From a virus (Duplodnaviria > Caudoviricetes): a stretch of DNA of 64,000 nt. This document shows positions 41,167 through 51,694 of this stretch, one piece after another. A program made the translations under genes and the position numbers. The stretch covers positions 61,471-125,470 of IMG/VR virus record IMGVR_UViG_3300047561_001367. One strand, given 5' to 3'. Below the pieces are notes generated by a model. The model did not search any database, was not told the DNA's origin, and saw nothing but the letters and a program-made list of their open reading frames with translations. The first letter of the stretch is position 1. Every line of letters begins with the position of its first letter.

Positions 41167-42645
41167 ATGTCGTCAATTCGTAGCGTAGATATTGAAAAAC
41201 ACGTCCTAGCTGGCTTTATTAAGCATCCAGCGGTATTCTTTGAAGTCTCCCACTTTATTAATGAGGGCGATTTTAGTAATGGGCATAAAACGATATTCAG
41301 CGTTTTAAAAGGTCAGATCATGAAAAGTCAACCACTTGACCCAGTAATTATTGCCGAAAAGATTAAGAGTTTAGGTATTAGTTTTAAACAGGACTTTAAT
41401 ATTTTTGATTATATCGAAAGCCTTGCTTTTTTGAAGATTAGTCAGAAGTCTCTTGTAGAGGCATGCAAGAATCTTAAAACAATCACAATTCGGCGCGAAA
41501 TTGCTGAAACCGCGGGTTTGATTGCGGACTCGATGTCAAACTCTGGCGACAAGTCTGCTGATGAAATCATTACGCTTGCAGATAAGATGTATAATGATAA
41601 AATTGCTGCTTATGATCTTGAAGCTAATCCAGAAGATCTTTTTTCTGATATTGATAAGCTTATTGAGGAAAGAGCTAATAATCCAATTTCTGAAACAGGA
41701 TTTTTAACCCCATATAAACATTTTAATAGAATGTACGGTGGATTAAGGCCTGGTGAACTTTATGCTTGGGTAAGCCGACCAAAGCATGGCAAGAGTACAA
41801 TTCTTAGTGATATTGCAGCAAAAGCAACCTTAATTAATCCAAATTTACAAGCATTGATTCTTGATACGGAAATGCAAACAAGTGTGATTAAGTTTCGTAT
41901 TGCTAGTAGTATTACTGGAATTCCAATGTGGTATCTTGAGACTGGTAATTTTAAAAATAATCCAGAGCTACTTGCGAAATGGAATAGCAAAAAAACAGAA
42001 CTATCCAAGGCTCAGGGTAAGGTTAAACATCTTCAAGTAGCTGGGAAACCAGTGTCTGAAATTGAATCTATTATTCAGCGTTGGTATCTTGGTCAAGTTG
42101 GCAGGGGTAATCCAGCGATTGTTGTATATGATTACATTAAACTTACTGGAGAAATGGAAAAGGGTAAGCAGGAATATCAATTAATTGGTGATAAAGTAGA
42201 TAGATTAAAAGAATTATCTGTTCGTTTGAATATTCCCATTCTTACCGCTTGCCAATTAAATCGTAGCGCAGAAAATGGAGCAGATGATAGTAGCGCTATT
42301 GCACAGAGTGATCGTTTACAATGGTTTGCGGCATATGTTGGTATTTTTCGCCGTAAAACTATTGAAGAACAGGCGGAAGATGGTGCACAATTTGGTACCC
42401 ATAAAATGATTGAACTTGCAGCACGTTATCAGGGCCAACACGCTCAGGGACATACAGATTTAGTTCGTGTTGTAGAAAATGGTCGTGTAGGATATCGTAA
42501 AAATTTTATTTCTTTCAGTGTAGAGAACTTTAATGTGGGCGAAAAGGGAACTCTTCAAGATATTGTTAATCACCAGAATGGCGTTGGGATTAATATTTTT
42601 GACCGTGAAAATGGTGGACAAGAAGAAGGCGACGGATTGCTATGA
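41167..42645 (+). CDS. dnaB: Replicative DNA helicase
   Basis: GGLRPG, SRPKHGKS, DTEM, VYDYI, CQLNR. Confidence 0.9.
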   Translation: MSSIRSVDIEKHVLAGFIKHPAVFFEVSHFINEGDFSNGHKTIFSVLKGQIMKSQPLDPVIIAEKIKSLGISFKQDFNIFDYIESLAFLKISQKSLVEACKNLKTITIRREIAETAGLIADSMSNSGDKSADEIITLADKMYNDKIAAYDLEANPEDLFSDIDKLIEERANNPISETGFLTPYKHFNRMYGGLRPGELYAWVSRPKHGKSTILSDIAAKATLINPNLQALILDTEMQTSVIKFRIASSITGIPMWYLETGNFKNNPELLAKWNSKKTELSKAQGKVKHLQVAGKPVSEIESIIQRWYLGQVGRGNPAIVVYDYIKLTGEMEKGKQEYQLIGDKVDRLKELSVRLNIPILTACQLNRSAENGADDSSAIAQSDRLQWFAAYVGIFRRKTIEEQAEDGAQFGTHKMIELAARYQGQHAQGHTDLVRVVENGRVGYRKNFISFSVENFNVGEKGTLQDIVNHQNGVGINIFDRENGGQEEGDGLL

Positions 42646-43532
42646 GACTTTTAGAATTATTAAAAGATGCCGGATGTAAGCCTAGAAATTATGGGACTTA
42701 TATTACTTGTGCTGCGAAGTATCGTGATGGCGATGATCCATCCTCGGTAGCGATTTATCTTTCTACAAATATTGTTAAAGATTTTGTAACTGGGAAAACT
42801 TTTTCTTTAGAGGAGTTTTTAAAAGCTACTTTAAAACTTAAAGATATCAAACAGGTACAAGGTATACTAGAAGATAAAGCTAAATATTTCACAGGATTTC
42901 AAGACGAAGAAGACCCATTTAATAAAAGCATTAAGTATTATTCTAATGAAGATATAGTAGATTTAAAACGTAATGGGTTTTATTGGGGTAATCGTAGAAT
43001 AAGTCAAGAAACTCTAGATGTTTTTGAGGGCGGGATCTGTACAAGCGGTAAGATGTATCAAAGGTATGTATTTCCTATTTTTGATGCTCGTAAAAAAATA
43101 CAGGGATTTTCTGGGCGTGATGTCACAGGAAAATCTAAGATTAAATGGAAACATATTGGTAGGAAAAATGAGTGGGCTTACCCATTTATTTTCAATCATG
43201 AAGTTATTAGAGAAAAAAGAGAATTAATTCTTGTAGAGAGTATCGGTGACATGCTTTCTTTATGGGAAAGCGGTATCAAGAATACTGGGGTAACATTTGG
43301 AACCGAGGCTGGTGGAGGCCTGCTAAAAGCAATAATACGTCTCGATCCAAAGCGTATCATCATTGCGACCAACAATGATGATAACAGGGCTGGGCAAAAA
43401 GCTGCTGCAAAAATACGTTCGACGCTTGCGCATTTTTTTGACCCAGCCCAACTTCAGATTTTCCATCCATTTAAAAATGATTTTGGTGATCAAACTGTAG
43501 AAGAAAATAAGGAGTGGTATTCAAATATATGA
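42642..43532 (+). CDS. dnaG: DNA primase (TOPRIM)
   Basis: RYVFPI, GFSGR, LVESIGD, NND..AG; follows dnaB with ATGA overlap. Confidence 0.8.
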   Translation: MRLLELLKDAGCKPRNYGTYITCAAKYRDGDDPSSVAIYLSTNIVKDFVTGKTFSLEEFLKATLKLKDIKQVQGILEDKAKYFTGFQDEEDPFNKSIKYYSNEDIVDLKRNGFYWGNRRISQETLDVFEGGICTSGKMYQRYVFPIFDARKKIQGFSGRDVTGKSKIKWKHIGRKNEWAYPFIFNHEVIREKRELILVESIGDMLSLWESGIKNTGVTFGTEAGGGLLKAIIRLDPKRIIIATNNDDNRAGQKAAAKIRSTLAHFFDPAQLQIFHPFKNDFGDQTVEENKEWYSNI

Positions 43533-43951
43533 GAAGCACTTGGAAACAACATGCTATGAATTTAGCAACTATTGCAATGCAAAGATCAGAAGATACTTTT
43601 CAAAAGGTTGGGGCTTGTATTCTCGGGCATCATAATGAAGTATTATCTGTAGCGTACAATGGTCTTGCAGCTGGTATTAATGTTACTCCAGAATTTTGGA
43701 ATGATAGGGATGCAAGAAGACCGTATATGATTCATGCTGAAAGTAATGCCCTCGCAAGAATCAAAATGGGCGAAGGAAATATTTTAGCATGTACTCTTTT
43801 ACCATGTTCTTCATGCGCTACAAATATTGCTGCGTATGGAATTAAACATGTAATTTTTAAATCAATTTATACTAGAGATGTCAAATCAATTGATATTTTT
43901 AAATTTTATGGAATCTCTTGTGAACAAGAGGATCCAACATACCCATTATGA
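43529..43951 (+). CDS. dCMP deaminase
   Basis: KVGACI, YNG, HAESNA, PCSSC. Confidence 0.9.
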   Translation: MRSTWKQHAMNLATIAMQRSEDTFQKVGACILGHHNEVLSVAYNGLAAGINVTPEFWNDRDARRPYMIHAESNALARIKMGEGNILACTLLPCSSCATNIAAYGIKHVIFKSIYTRDVKSIDIFKFYGISCEQEDPTYPL

Positions 43952-44937
43952 GTGAATTAATTAAACTTTCAGCTAGTCGTATCAAGACGCTACAATCTTG
44001 CTCTTGGACTTATTACTGTAACTATAATTTAAAGTTACCACAGAAAAATAACTCTGGCGCAATGCGCGGAACTGTAGCACATCTTATTTTTGAAGTTCTT
44101 GGTAATCCAAGGCATGAACATTATATTAAAAAAATTGTTAAAGATAATACCTGTTTAAAACAAAAAGCTATTTTTCGTTTAATTATTAAGACGGCTAATA
44201 GAGAAGGTCTTGATCTCGATGAAATGGTAAAGCCCCTAAAGAAAAGTGGTCAAGAAATATCAAATCTTAAATGTATTGACGAGATGGTTCTTGTTGGATT
44301 AAAATTTGATTTTATTGGAGACTATAAACTCGTAGGTACTGAATGGGAGTTTGATATAACTAGTAAACAGCCAGCTTATAGAATCGGTGGATTTATTGAT
44401 CGTATTTTTAAAGATAAAAAACAATTAATAATTAGAGATTTTAAGTCAAGTAAACTTGCTTTTAAAGGGGAGGAGTTGGAAAGTAATATTCAAGCAATGA
44501 TGTATTCTCTAGCCGTAAGAAAGAAATATGCTAAACAAAAAGAAGTGCTTGTTAAATTCTTGTTTTTAAGATACCCAGATAATCCAGAACGTGAATGTCC
44601 ACATTTTACAGAAGAACAGCTCGTAGGATTTGAGCATTATTTAGAATATTTGAATGGTTATCTTACAAATTTTGACGAGAAAAAGGGCAAATCAAACTTT
44701 GCAGCGAATGATTTTGCCAAAAAATGGATGTGCCAAACTAAATCTGGATGGCGTTGCCCCTACCTTGACCCAATAGATTATAAAGTTTTACTTGATAAAG
44801 ATAATAAAATTATTAAATCAACATTTGCAGATAAAGAATTTAAATTATCTGATATTAAAAAAGAATATCGTATTGAAACAAGACGATACGATGGATGTCC
44901 AGCTTGGGTTAAATCAAATGATGATTTTGGTTTTTAA
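43948..44937 (+). CDS. PD-(D/E)xK (RecB/Cas4-like) exonuclease
   Basis: LSASRI...C, GT..H, GFIDR, IRDFKS, Q..MY, C-terminal Cys. Confidence 0.8.
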   Translation: MSELIKLSASRIKTLQSCSWTYYCNYNLKLPQKNNSGAMRGTVAHLIFEVLGNPRHEHYIKKIVKDNTCLKQKAIFRLIIKTANREGLDLDEMVKPLKKSGQEISNLKCIDEMVLVGLKFDFIGDYKLVGTEWEFDITSKQPAYRIGGFIDRIFKDKKQLIIRDFKSSKLAFKGEELESNIQAMMYSLAVRKKYAKQKEVLVKFLFLRYPDNPERECPHFTEEQLVGFEHYLEYLNGYLTNFDEKKGKSNFAANDFAKKWMCQTKSGWRCPYLDPIDYKVLLDKDNKIIKSTFADKEFKLSDIKKEYRIETRRYDGCPAWVKSNDDFGF

Positions 44938-45582
44938 TTAAAAGCTATAAAACTCGAGTTCTTTTTGCGACCAAGAGTACTCATTATTAAAAGTAAACCA
45001 CATATTTTTATATACAGTATTATTTTTTAAAATTGGTTTCGAAGCTACTGGTGTATTAGAGTCTTGTAAATAGCACCAATCAATAGCTACCCATTGATTA
45101 TCAGACTCTCTTAAATATGCTACATATCCATGCCCACCCTGGGGTGCGGTTGGGGCGGGTTGAACAAATCCAGCGACTACCCTTAGTCTAAAAGCTGGTA
45201 CGCCCGAATTAACAGCTAAAGCCGCAATTAATAATGCGCCGTCTTCACAATCACCAGTCCCCAAACGTAAAGTTTCAAATGGAAATTGCCAATACTCAAC
45301 AACACCTGAACTTAAATTATCACCAATATATTTAATATTAGTAACTACCCATTTTTGAATATTAAGCATTTTTTCATCATTATTTGTACCAGTAATAGCT
45401 TTATCTCTAATTATTTTTTTAACAATACTATCATTAGTAGTTAACATTGTTTTGACATCAATTTCTAAATTTGTCAAAATAATTTGACCATTAACCTTTT
45501 GTGGTATTGATCTGCCTCTATAAATAACAGGATTCTTTGGATATTTATTATCCCAATAATTTTTGAGTTCTGTATCGTTCAT
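44938..45582 (-). CDS. Transglutaminase-like cysteine protease
   Basis: YWQFPFETL..G.GDCED, GH.Y, W..ID catalytic triad; GTGTAA 8 nt upstream. Confidence 0.8.
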   Translation of the reverse strand: MNDTELKNYWDNKYPKNPVIYRGRSIPQKVNGQIILTNLEIDVKTMLTTNDSIVKKIIRDKAITGTNNDEKMLNIQKWVVTNIKYIGDNLSSGVVEYWQFPFETLRLGTGDCEDGALLIAALAVNSGVPAFRLRVVAGFVQPAPTAPQGGHGYVAYLRESDNQWVAIDWCYLQDSNTPVASKPILKNNTVYKNMWFTFNNEYSWSQKELEFYSF

Positions 45583-45610
45583 ACGTATAATTACACCTAC
45601 TATATATAAA

Positions 45611-45639
45611 TTGACTTTAAATCCAATTAATGATATTTT
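45611..45639 (+). promoter_or_regulatory. sigma70-type promoter
   Basis: TTGACT-17nt-TATTTT with extended TG, 8 nt before ATG 45648. Confidence 0.55.
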
Positions 45640-45647
45640 AAAAGATC

Positions 45648-46400
45648 ATGCTACCAATATTCAGATCAAACTATTCCCTCACCTCAGTTTTAACACTTGA
45701 GGGCTATACAGATAAAGAGTCCCGCGACACAAATCGTCCAGATTCAATTTTTGATATAGCTAAAGATTATGGTCTAAAAGATGTTTATATTGTTGATAAT
45801 ACTCTAACAAGCCTTGTTGAAGCTTATGAAAATTCAGTAAAAGCAGGTCTTAATTTAAGATATGGTTATCGTGTAAACGTATGTAGAGATATAGAAAATA
45901 AAACTCCAGAGTCAATTATTACCGAAAGTAAATTTATCATATTTGCAAAAAAGAATTCTTTTATAGACTTAATTAAACTTCACAACATTTCTACTACAGA
46001 GGGGTTTTATAATGGAGCGCCGCGCTTAGATTTTAATACTTTAAAAAAATATTGGTCAAATAATTTGGTTTTAGGTATTCCGTTTTACGATTCTTACATT
46101 TACTATAATCTTCTTTATGGACGAGAGTGCGTTCCAGAGCTAGATTTTACAGAACCTTTTTATTTTAGTGAAAATAATGGATTACCGTTCGATAATCTTT
46201 TGAATACTCATTTGCAATCAATAGTAAAGAATCATGAGATTGTTAAGTCAAAAACTATTTACCATCGTACTTATAAAGATTTTAAAGCTTATATGACATA
46301 CCGTTGTATTTTAAATAGAACAACTTTTCAAAAACCAGAATTAAGACATTTCGGTAGTCAGGAATTTTGTATGGAGGCTTGGGAAAAATATGCAAAATAA
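45648..46400 (+). CDS. Stand-alone PHP domain of DNA polymerase III alpha (probably catalytically degenerate)
   Basis: SNYSL, IFAK....LIKL..., GFY..PRLD; canonical HxH absent. Confidence 0.7.
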   Translation: MLPIFRSNYSLTSVLTLEGYTDKESRDTNRPDSIFDIAKDYGLKDVYIVDNTLTSLVEAYENSVKAGLNLRYGYRVNVCRDIENKTPESIITESKFIIFAKKNSFIDLIKLHNISTTEGFYNGAPRLDFNTLKKYWSNNLVLGIPFYDSYIYYNLLYGRECVPELDFTEPFYFSENNGLPFDNLLNTHLQSIVKNHEIVKSKTIYHRTYKDFKAYMTYRCILNRTTFQKPELRHFGSQEFCMEAWEKYAK

Positions 46401-47022
46401 TCTTCTACGTTTTAATAAAAAACAAAAATATATTGTGTTCGATACAGAAACCGAGAGTTTGGCACTTGCTTTAACTCGTCCTTGGCAATTATCTTGGTTG
46501 GTATATGAAGATGGTAAAATTGCAAAAAATGAAGACCATCTTTTGTATTGGAAAGATTTGAATATTTCTGCTGATGCAGCTAGGATTACTCATTTTGATT
46601 ATAATAATTGGAAAGAAAAAGCCCAAGATCCACTAACAATTCTTAAAAAATTTGAAGAGTATCTTTATAATCCAGAATATTTGATTATTGGAGCTAATCT
46701 TTTTGGTTTTGATATTTATGTAATTAACGCGTTAAGAAAATATTTAGGTTTAGAATCAGATTACTCATATATTGATAGAGTTCTTGATATACAATGTATT
46801 CAAAAAGGTATATATTTAGGACTCAAAGCAATTCCAGAAAATAGGACTGCTTGGCAATATCAAATGTATCATTATGTTAAAAAGGGAGTTAAGACCTCAG
46901 TAAAACATTTGTGTGGACTATATGATGTTGAGTATAATGAATTGAAGGCGCACGATGCAGTTTACGATAACGAAAGATGTTTAGAAATCTTTAAGAAACA
47001 AATCCTAACAATTGAAATATGA
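46390..47022 (+). CDS. DEDDh 3'-5' exonuclease (DnaQ/epsilon-like)
   Basis: FDTET, GAN..GFD, AHDAVYD. Confidence 0.85.
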   Translation: MQNNLLRFNKKQKYIVFDTETESLALALTRPWQLSWLVYEDGKIAKNEDHLLYWKDLNISADAARITHFDYNNWKEKAQDPLTILKKFEEYLYNPEYLIIGANLFGFDIYVINALRKYLGLESDYSYIDRVLDIQCIQKGIYLGLKAIPENRTAWQYQMYHYVKKGVKTSVKHLCGLYDVEYNELKAHDAVYDNERCLEIFKKQILTIEI

Positions 47023-49547
47023 GTTTTACAGAACAATTTAAAAATATTGAAATGAAGAATGTCAACCTAGTACGGTTGCCTAATATCTCATTTACAAAAG
47101 AAGAAAAGGGTAAGTTTTCTGAAACAGAGGATAACGAGAAGTTTCTTCAGCAATTGGTAAACGATGGATGGAGAAAATTTCGTGATAAAATTCCCGAGCA
47201 TAAAAAGAAAGAATATCTTGATCGTATCAAAGAAGAGTTTGATATTGTAAAAGATCTAGGATTTATTGATTATTTTCTTCTAGTTTGGCGTGTTATTAAT
47301 AAGGCTCGTAGTCTTGGAGCATTTATTGACTGGGGTCGTGGCAGCGCGGCAGGTAGTCTAATTTTCTATTTGATTGGCGTTACTGGGGTTGACCCTATTG
47401 ATAAGAAACTCTTTTTTACGCGGTTTATATCCAAGGCTCGCGCCAAGAAGGAAGTTATTGATGGGGTTACATATATTCAAGGCGATCTTGCTCCAGATGT
47501 TGATATCAATCTTGGTGGAGTTCGTGATGAAATCATTGAATGGCTAAAAGAATGCTATCCAAATAAAGTTTGTAAGATTTCTTCTTTATCGACATTCTCT
47601 GGTAAAATTCTTATTAAAGACGTCTACAAGATTGTAAACGAGGCTACAGAAGAACAAGCTAGTAATTTAGCTGATACAATCGGTAAAGTATTTGGTGTTG
47701 TTGAAGATATTGAAGATTCTTATAAAAATAGCGAAAAATTCCGCGATTGGGCTGATGGATATAAAGAGTCTTATGAAATCGCCCTTAAACTTCGCGGGTT
47801 AATTCGTGGTAAATCCACTCATGCCAGCGGATATTTTCTTTCGTACTATCCATTGGATAAATTTGTTCCTATCGAAAAGAACAAGGAAGGAGAACTAGCT
47901 ATCTCTTATGAGATGAATACTGCCGCAAAGTTTGGTATTAAATTGGATCTATTAGGACTTATTAGTAATGAAATTATTAAAAATGTTTTCGAACAGATTA
48001 CAGAGAAATTTGAAGATATTAATCTTGATGATAATATTGAAGTATATCAACATTTACAAGGGGATAATTTACTTCCTTATGGATTGTATCAGATTAGTGC
48101 AGATTGCGCGTATCGTGTTTGTAAAAATATTAAACCAGCAAACATTAGTCAATTGAGTGATGTTAATGCTATTGCCCGACCTGGTGCATTAGCTTATGAA
48201 AAGCATTATGTTGATTTTACAGGAGAAGCCCCGCATGAAAAATTACGTGAAGTGTTTTTAGAGTCACGTAATCTTCCTCTATATCAAGAGCAATTGATTC
48301 AAGCCCTTGTTACGGTTGGATTTACAGCTGACGAGTCTGAATATATTAGACGTATTATTGGTAAGAAAAAGCGTGATGAGATGCCCAAGTGGAAGGACAA
48401 AGTATTTCAAACCTGTGAGACTAATGGGTTTGGAGAGCAAGTGGCCGAAGCGATTTGGAAAGTCATGTTGGACTCTGCAGATTATTCATTTAATAAATCG
48501 CATAGTTTTTGTGTGGCGTACCTTGGTGCTTTAACTGTTTACCTAAAGTATAAATACCCTCTAGAGTTCTTTACAGCATGTCTAAATGCCGTTCAAAAAC
48601 TTGTAGATCCAATGGAAGAAATTCGTCTAATTGAACGTGAACTTCCATATTTTAATATCAAACTTTTACCTCCTCACTTGTTAAAGTCTGAAATGGGATT
48701 TACAGTCGAAGGCCCGAATATCCGGTTTGGATTGAGTGCAATCAAAGGTATTTCAGATAGCGCAATGGAAAAATTGGTTAAATTCCGTGGAGAGTATGAT
48801 AGTAAGATAGATTGTTTTATGGCGGCAAAACAGGCTGGTTTAAATATTGGAGTAGTATCTTCACTTATCCAAGCTGGTTCTTTGGATGATCTAAATACTA
48901 AACGTAGCCGTCTTGTTCTCGAAGCTCAGACATTTAATATTTTAACTGATCGTGAAAAGCGTTTGGTTAAAACAATTCACGACGAGACAGATCAAAAGGA
49001 TATTCTAACTATTTTGACGATTCTTGTAGAAAAGAATCAAGTAAAAGCTTCACGCTTTGAAACGATTAAAAAGAAATATAACCCATATAAAGAAATCTAC
49101 ATGTTGAATAGTCGTAATGAAGATCTAACAAATTATTTTTATGAGAAGAATTGTTTGGGATTTAGTTACAGTCAGAACTTAACTAAGATCTTTAAGAATA
49201 TTAATCCTAATTTTAAAACTATTCGATATGCATTTGAGAATTGTGAGGAGAATGATCAAGTGCTTATTATTGGAGAGATTTTAGAAACTCGTCAATCAAA
49301 GTCTCGGAATGGCAACAAGTTTTTTAAAGCTGGGGTTGCTGACGATACTGGAAAGGTTTCCGTACTGCTATTTGATGGTCAGCGTGGACTATTTCAAGAG
49401 TGTAAGGACGAGAATAAGGGCAATTTTCCCGAAGAGGGTGATATTGTTATTGTTAAAGGCCGTCTTAAAGGAGATGATGCTATTTTTGCAGACAAAATAG
49501 TTAAACAGGATTGTAAGATATATAAAAATATGAGAGATCTAAAGTAA
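47019..49547 (+). CDS. dnaE: DNA polymerase III alpha subunit (family C), lacking PHP
   Basis: GRGSAAGSL, PDVD, HASG, KLDLLGL, RPG, YQEQ, YSFNKSH, RFGLSAIKG, C-terminal OB fold. Confidence 0.92.
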   Translation: MSFTEQFKNIEMKNVNLVRLPNISFTKEEKGKFSETEDNEKFLQQLVNDGWRKFRDKIPEHKKKEYLDRIKEEFDIVKDLGFIDYFLLVWRVINKARSLGAFIDWGRGSAAGSLIFYLIGVTGVDPIDKKLFFTRFISKARAKKEVIDGVTYIQGDLAPDVDINLGGVRDEIIEWLKECYPNKVCKISSLSTFSGKILIKDVYKIVNEATEEQASNLADTIGKVFGVVEDIEDSYKNSEKFRDWADGYKESYEIALKLRGLIRGKSTHASGYFLSYYPLDKFVPIEKNKEGELAISYEMNTAAKFGIKLDLLGLISNEIIKNVFEQITEKFEDINLDDNIEVYQHLQGDNLLPYGLYQISADCAYRVCKNIKPANISQLSDVNAIARPGALAYEKHYVDFTGEAPHEKLREVFLESRNLPLYQEQLIQALVTVGFTADESEYIRRIIGKKKRDEMPKWKDKVFQTCETNGFGEQVAEAIWKVMLDSADYSFNKSHSFCVAYLGALTVYLKYKYPLEFFTACLNAVQKLVDPMEEIRLIERELPYFNIKLLPPHLLKSEMGFTVEGPNIRFGLSAIKGISDSAMEKLVKFRGEYDSKIDCFMAAKQAGLNIGVVSSLIQAGSLDDLNTKRSRLVLEAQTFNILTDREKRLVKTIHDETDQKDILTILTILVEKNQVKASRFETIKKKYNPYKEIYMLNSRNEDLTNYFYEKNCLGFSYSQNLTKIFKNINPNFKTIRYAFENCEENDQVLIIGEILETRQSKSRNGNKFFKAGVADDTGKVSVLLFDGQRGLFQECKDENKGNFPEEGDIVIVKGRLKGDDAIFADKIVKQDCKIYKNMRDLK

Positions 49548-50327
49548 TTACAACTGCTTTGTAACTGTAAAAGATCCTTCTGGAAATCCTCCTACATCAG
49601 CACTAATATTTGCGGCAGTTAAAGACCCATTAGTTACGCTATAACTAGCTCCACCACCGCCGCCGCAAAGTGCTCCAACGCTTGCACTAGCTAGTTGAGT
49701 AGCTGGACAAAATGAAACTGTGCCACCAGCGCCAACACCTTTGACCGTTAAACTTTCTGTGCCACCATCAAAAGTATACTGCCCTAATGGAGTACCATTG
49801 CTGCCAAGAATTAATATTGGTTTCCATTGAAAAGAGGCTTCATATTGAAAGCCTAAAGCATTAGTAATTGAAGCCGTTGTTGCAGCGGAGGCACCGTGTG
49901 CAAATTTAAGATTAGAATTTGGTGTATTATTCGGACTACCTTGTCCAATTGTTAGTCCAATTCCAGGTTGGAAGGATACAAAACTACATGAAACAGTAAT
50001 TAAGCTTTGAGGTTCTGCACTTACAGATAAACTTGTTAAATATGCTTTTGTAATAGTTGCACCACCAATTACAATTGTAGTCCCTTGATAAGTTGTAGGG
50101 CTACCTAAAATAGCAGTACAGATCGATCTTACCGGATCATTCGAAAGTATATAATAATCAACGTTAACGGTAGTTTCTTGTGGGCCACTCGGCGCTTGAC
50201 CCTGCGCTAAAGCGAACCCAAGTGATTTTACAGCTTGTTGGCTGATAGAAGTAGAAGCTTTTGCACTACTTGCGTATATTTTACTACCATCGATTGTAAC
50301 TGAGATGTCTTGTGCGTTATATGCCAT
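49548..50327 (-). CDS. Putative tail tube-like structural protein
   Basis: Beta-rich S/T/G/A protein with internal duplication; resembles the neighbouring gene. Confidence 0.45.
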   Translation of the reverse strand: MAYNAQDISVTIDGSKIYASSAKASTSISQQAVKSLGFALAQGQAPSGPQETTVNVDYYILSNDPVRSICTAILGSPTTYQGTTIVIGGATITKAYLTSLSVSAEPQSLITVSCSFVSFQPGIGLTIGQGSPNNTPNSNLKFAHGASAATTASITNALGFQYEASFQWKPILILGSNGTPLGQYTFDGGTESLTVKGVGAGGTVSFCPATQLASASVGALCGGGGGASYSVTNGSLTAANISADVGGFPEGSFTVTKQL

Positions 50328-50330
50328 AAT

Positions 50331-51128
50331 TTAATATATATAGGATTTGTAGGTTAGTTCTACTCTTGTGGCATTACTAGTACTCGAATCCAAATTTTCA
50401 GAAACTAATCTAGCATCGGGTATTGTAAATGATTCCATAATCGTAGTGTTATCACAATTATTTAGTTCTAAAGTTATATCTTTATTAGGACCGCATAAAA
50501 TTGCTTGTATATCATTACACTCATAATCATCTATTTCAACACCAATATTTAAATTAATTTCTAGGGGTCTATTTAGTGACACGTCTAATGCATTATTAGA
50601 TCCCAGCGTATAAATTGGAATTCTAGGACAATCTATTGATAAGTCAAAAGAAACTATTCTATTCGTTGCTCCTTCAGAAGTTTGCATATTGATATTTCCA
50701 AAGTGGGACACGTTCAAATTTAAATCTTGGTCATTTAAATTTTGAGGAGTCATAACTATTCCACCACCCATATCCCCATATATTTCAAAATCAGTTTGAA
50801 CCATTGAAATCTCACCGACTGCACATGATAAACTATAATTTGATAGATAACCGCTATTAAAAGAATAATTTTTATTTTTATAAATTAAAATCCCACTAAA
50901 TGGGTTAGAACCAGTTAAAGATCTCAATGGGTCATTTGGTATTAAATATTTATTAATTGTAATTTTTCTAGTGTCTGGACCGCTTTTTTCATCTGAACCA
51001 TATATAGAACCTAGCACCCTATTATATTGAATAGGTATTTCAAAATTTCCTTTAAAGCTGGTTACTCCTAATAGTTCAGTACTATTAATGAATACCCTTT
51101 GATCACCATATATAATTCTACCGTACAT
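50331..51128 (-). CDS. Putative tail tube-like structural protein
   Basis: YLSNYSLSCAVG parallels YLTSLSVSAEP in the neighbour; GTGTAA 9 nt upstream. Confidence 0.45.
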   Translation of the reverse strand: MYGRIIYGDQRVFINSTELLGVTSFKGNFEIPIQYNRVLGSIYGSDEKSGPDTRKITINKYLIPNDPLRSLTGSNPFSGILIYKNKNYSFNSGYLSNYSLSCAVGEISMVQTDFEIYGDMGGGIVMTPQNLNDQDLNLNVSHFGNINMQTSEGATNRIVSFDLSIDCPRIPIYTLGSNNALDVSLNRPLEINLNIGVEIDDYECNDIQAILCGPNKDITLELNNCDNTTIMESFTIPDARLVSENLDSSTSNATRVELTYKSYIY

Positions 51129-51188
51129 TATCCTACTTTACACTTAAAATATAGGGCTGAATTTTATAATTAGTGTAAATAATATATT

Positions 51189-51686
51189 ATGCCCCTTCCA
51201 AACCCCAAAAAGAAAGAAAAACAGGGCGATTTTATTTCGCGTTGTGCTGGAGACAAGACTACCAATAAAGATTTTCCAGACACAAAACAACGCGTAGCCG
51301 TTTGTTACTCCCAATGGAAGAAAGCCAAGGCTAGTGCAATGGCTAGTTTTGGAGAAGGTTACAATGAAGTTTTATTTGAATGTCCAGAGTGCGTAAAAGC
51401 TGTTGAAACAACTAAATTGGCAGCTTCGGAAGAGTCTTTAGATGAATATAAGAATGAATTTATTGAAATGGCGCTAGGATCCATTACAGTAATTGCAGAC
51501 CATGCAAAAGAAATTCTTGATAATGTGAATGATCCGAAAGTAAAAGAAAATTTATCGGAACCATTTTTACAAAAACAAATAGCATTAGCTGAAGATTACA
51601 TGATGACTATTAGTAATTATGTAATGTATTCTAAAGAATCTGATCAAGAAACGGATTTAACCCAACCAAATACAAATTTAGAATAA
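51189..51686 (+). CDS. Hypothetical phage protein (MPxP...FISRC...QRxAVCYSQW domain)
   Basis: Motif recurrent in phage proteins; GTGTAA 10 nt upstream. Confidence 0.55.
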   Translation: MPLPNPKKKEKQGDFISRCAGDKTTNKDFPDTKQRVAVCYSQWKKAKASAMASFGEGYNEVLFECPECVKAVETTKLAASEESLDEYKNEFIEMALGSITVIADHAKEILDNVNDPKVKENLSEPFLQKQIALAEDYMMTISNYVMYSKESDQETDLTQPNTNLE

Positions 51687-51694
51687 TTAAAAAT

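Noticed and set aside
29695-49547. Inteins or introns in nrdJ, recA, dnaB or dnaE
   Set aside because: Lengths and motif spacing look normal; no intein splice motifs or LAGLIDADG blocks seen
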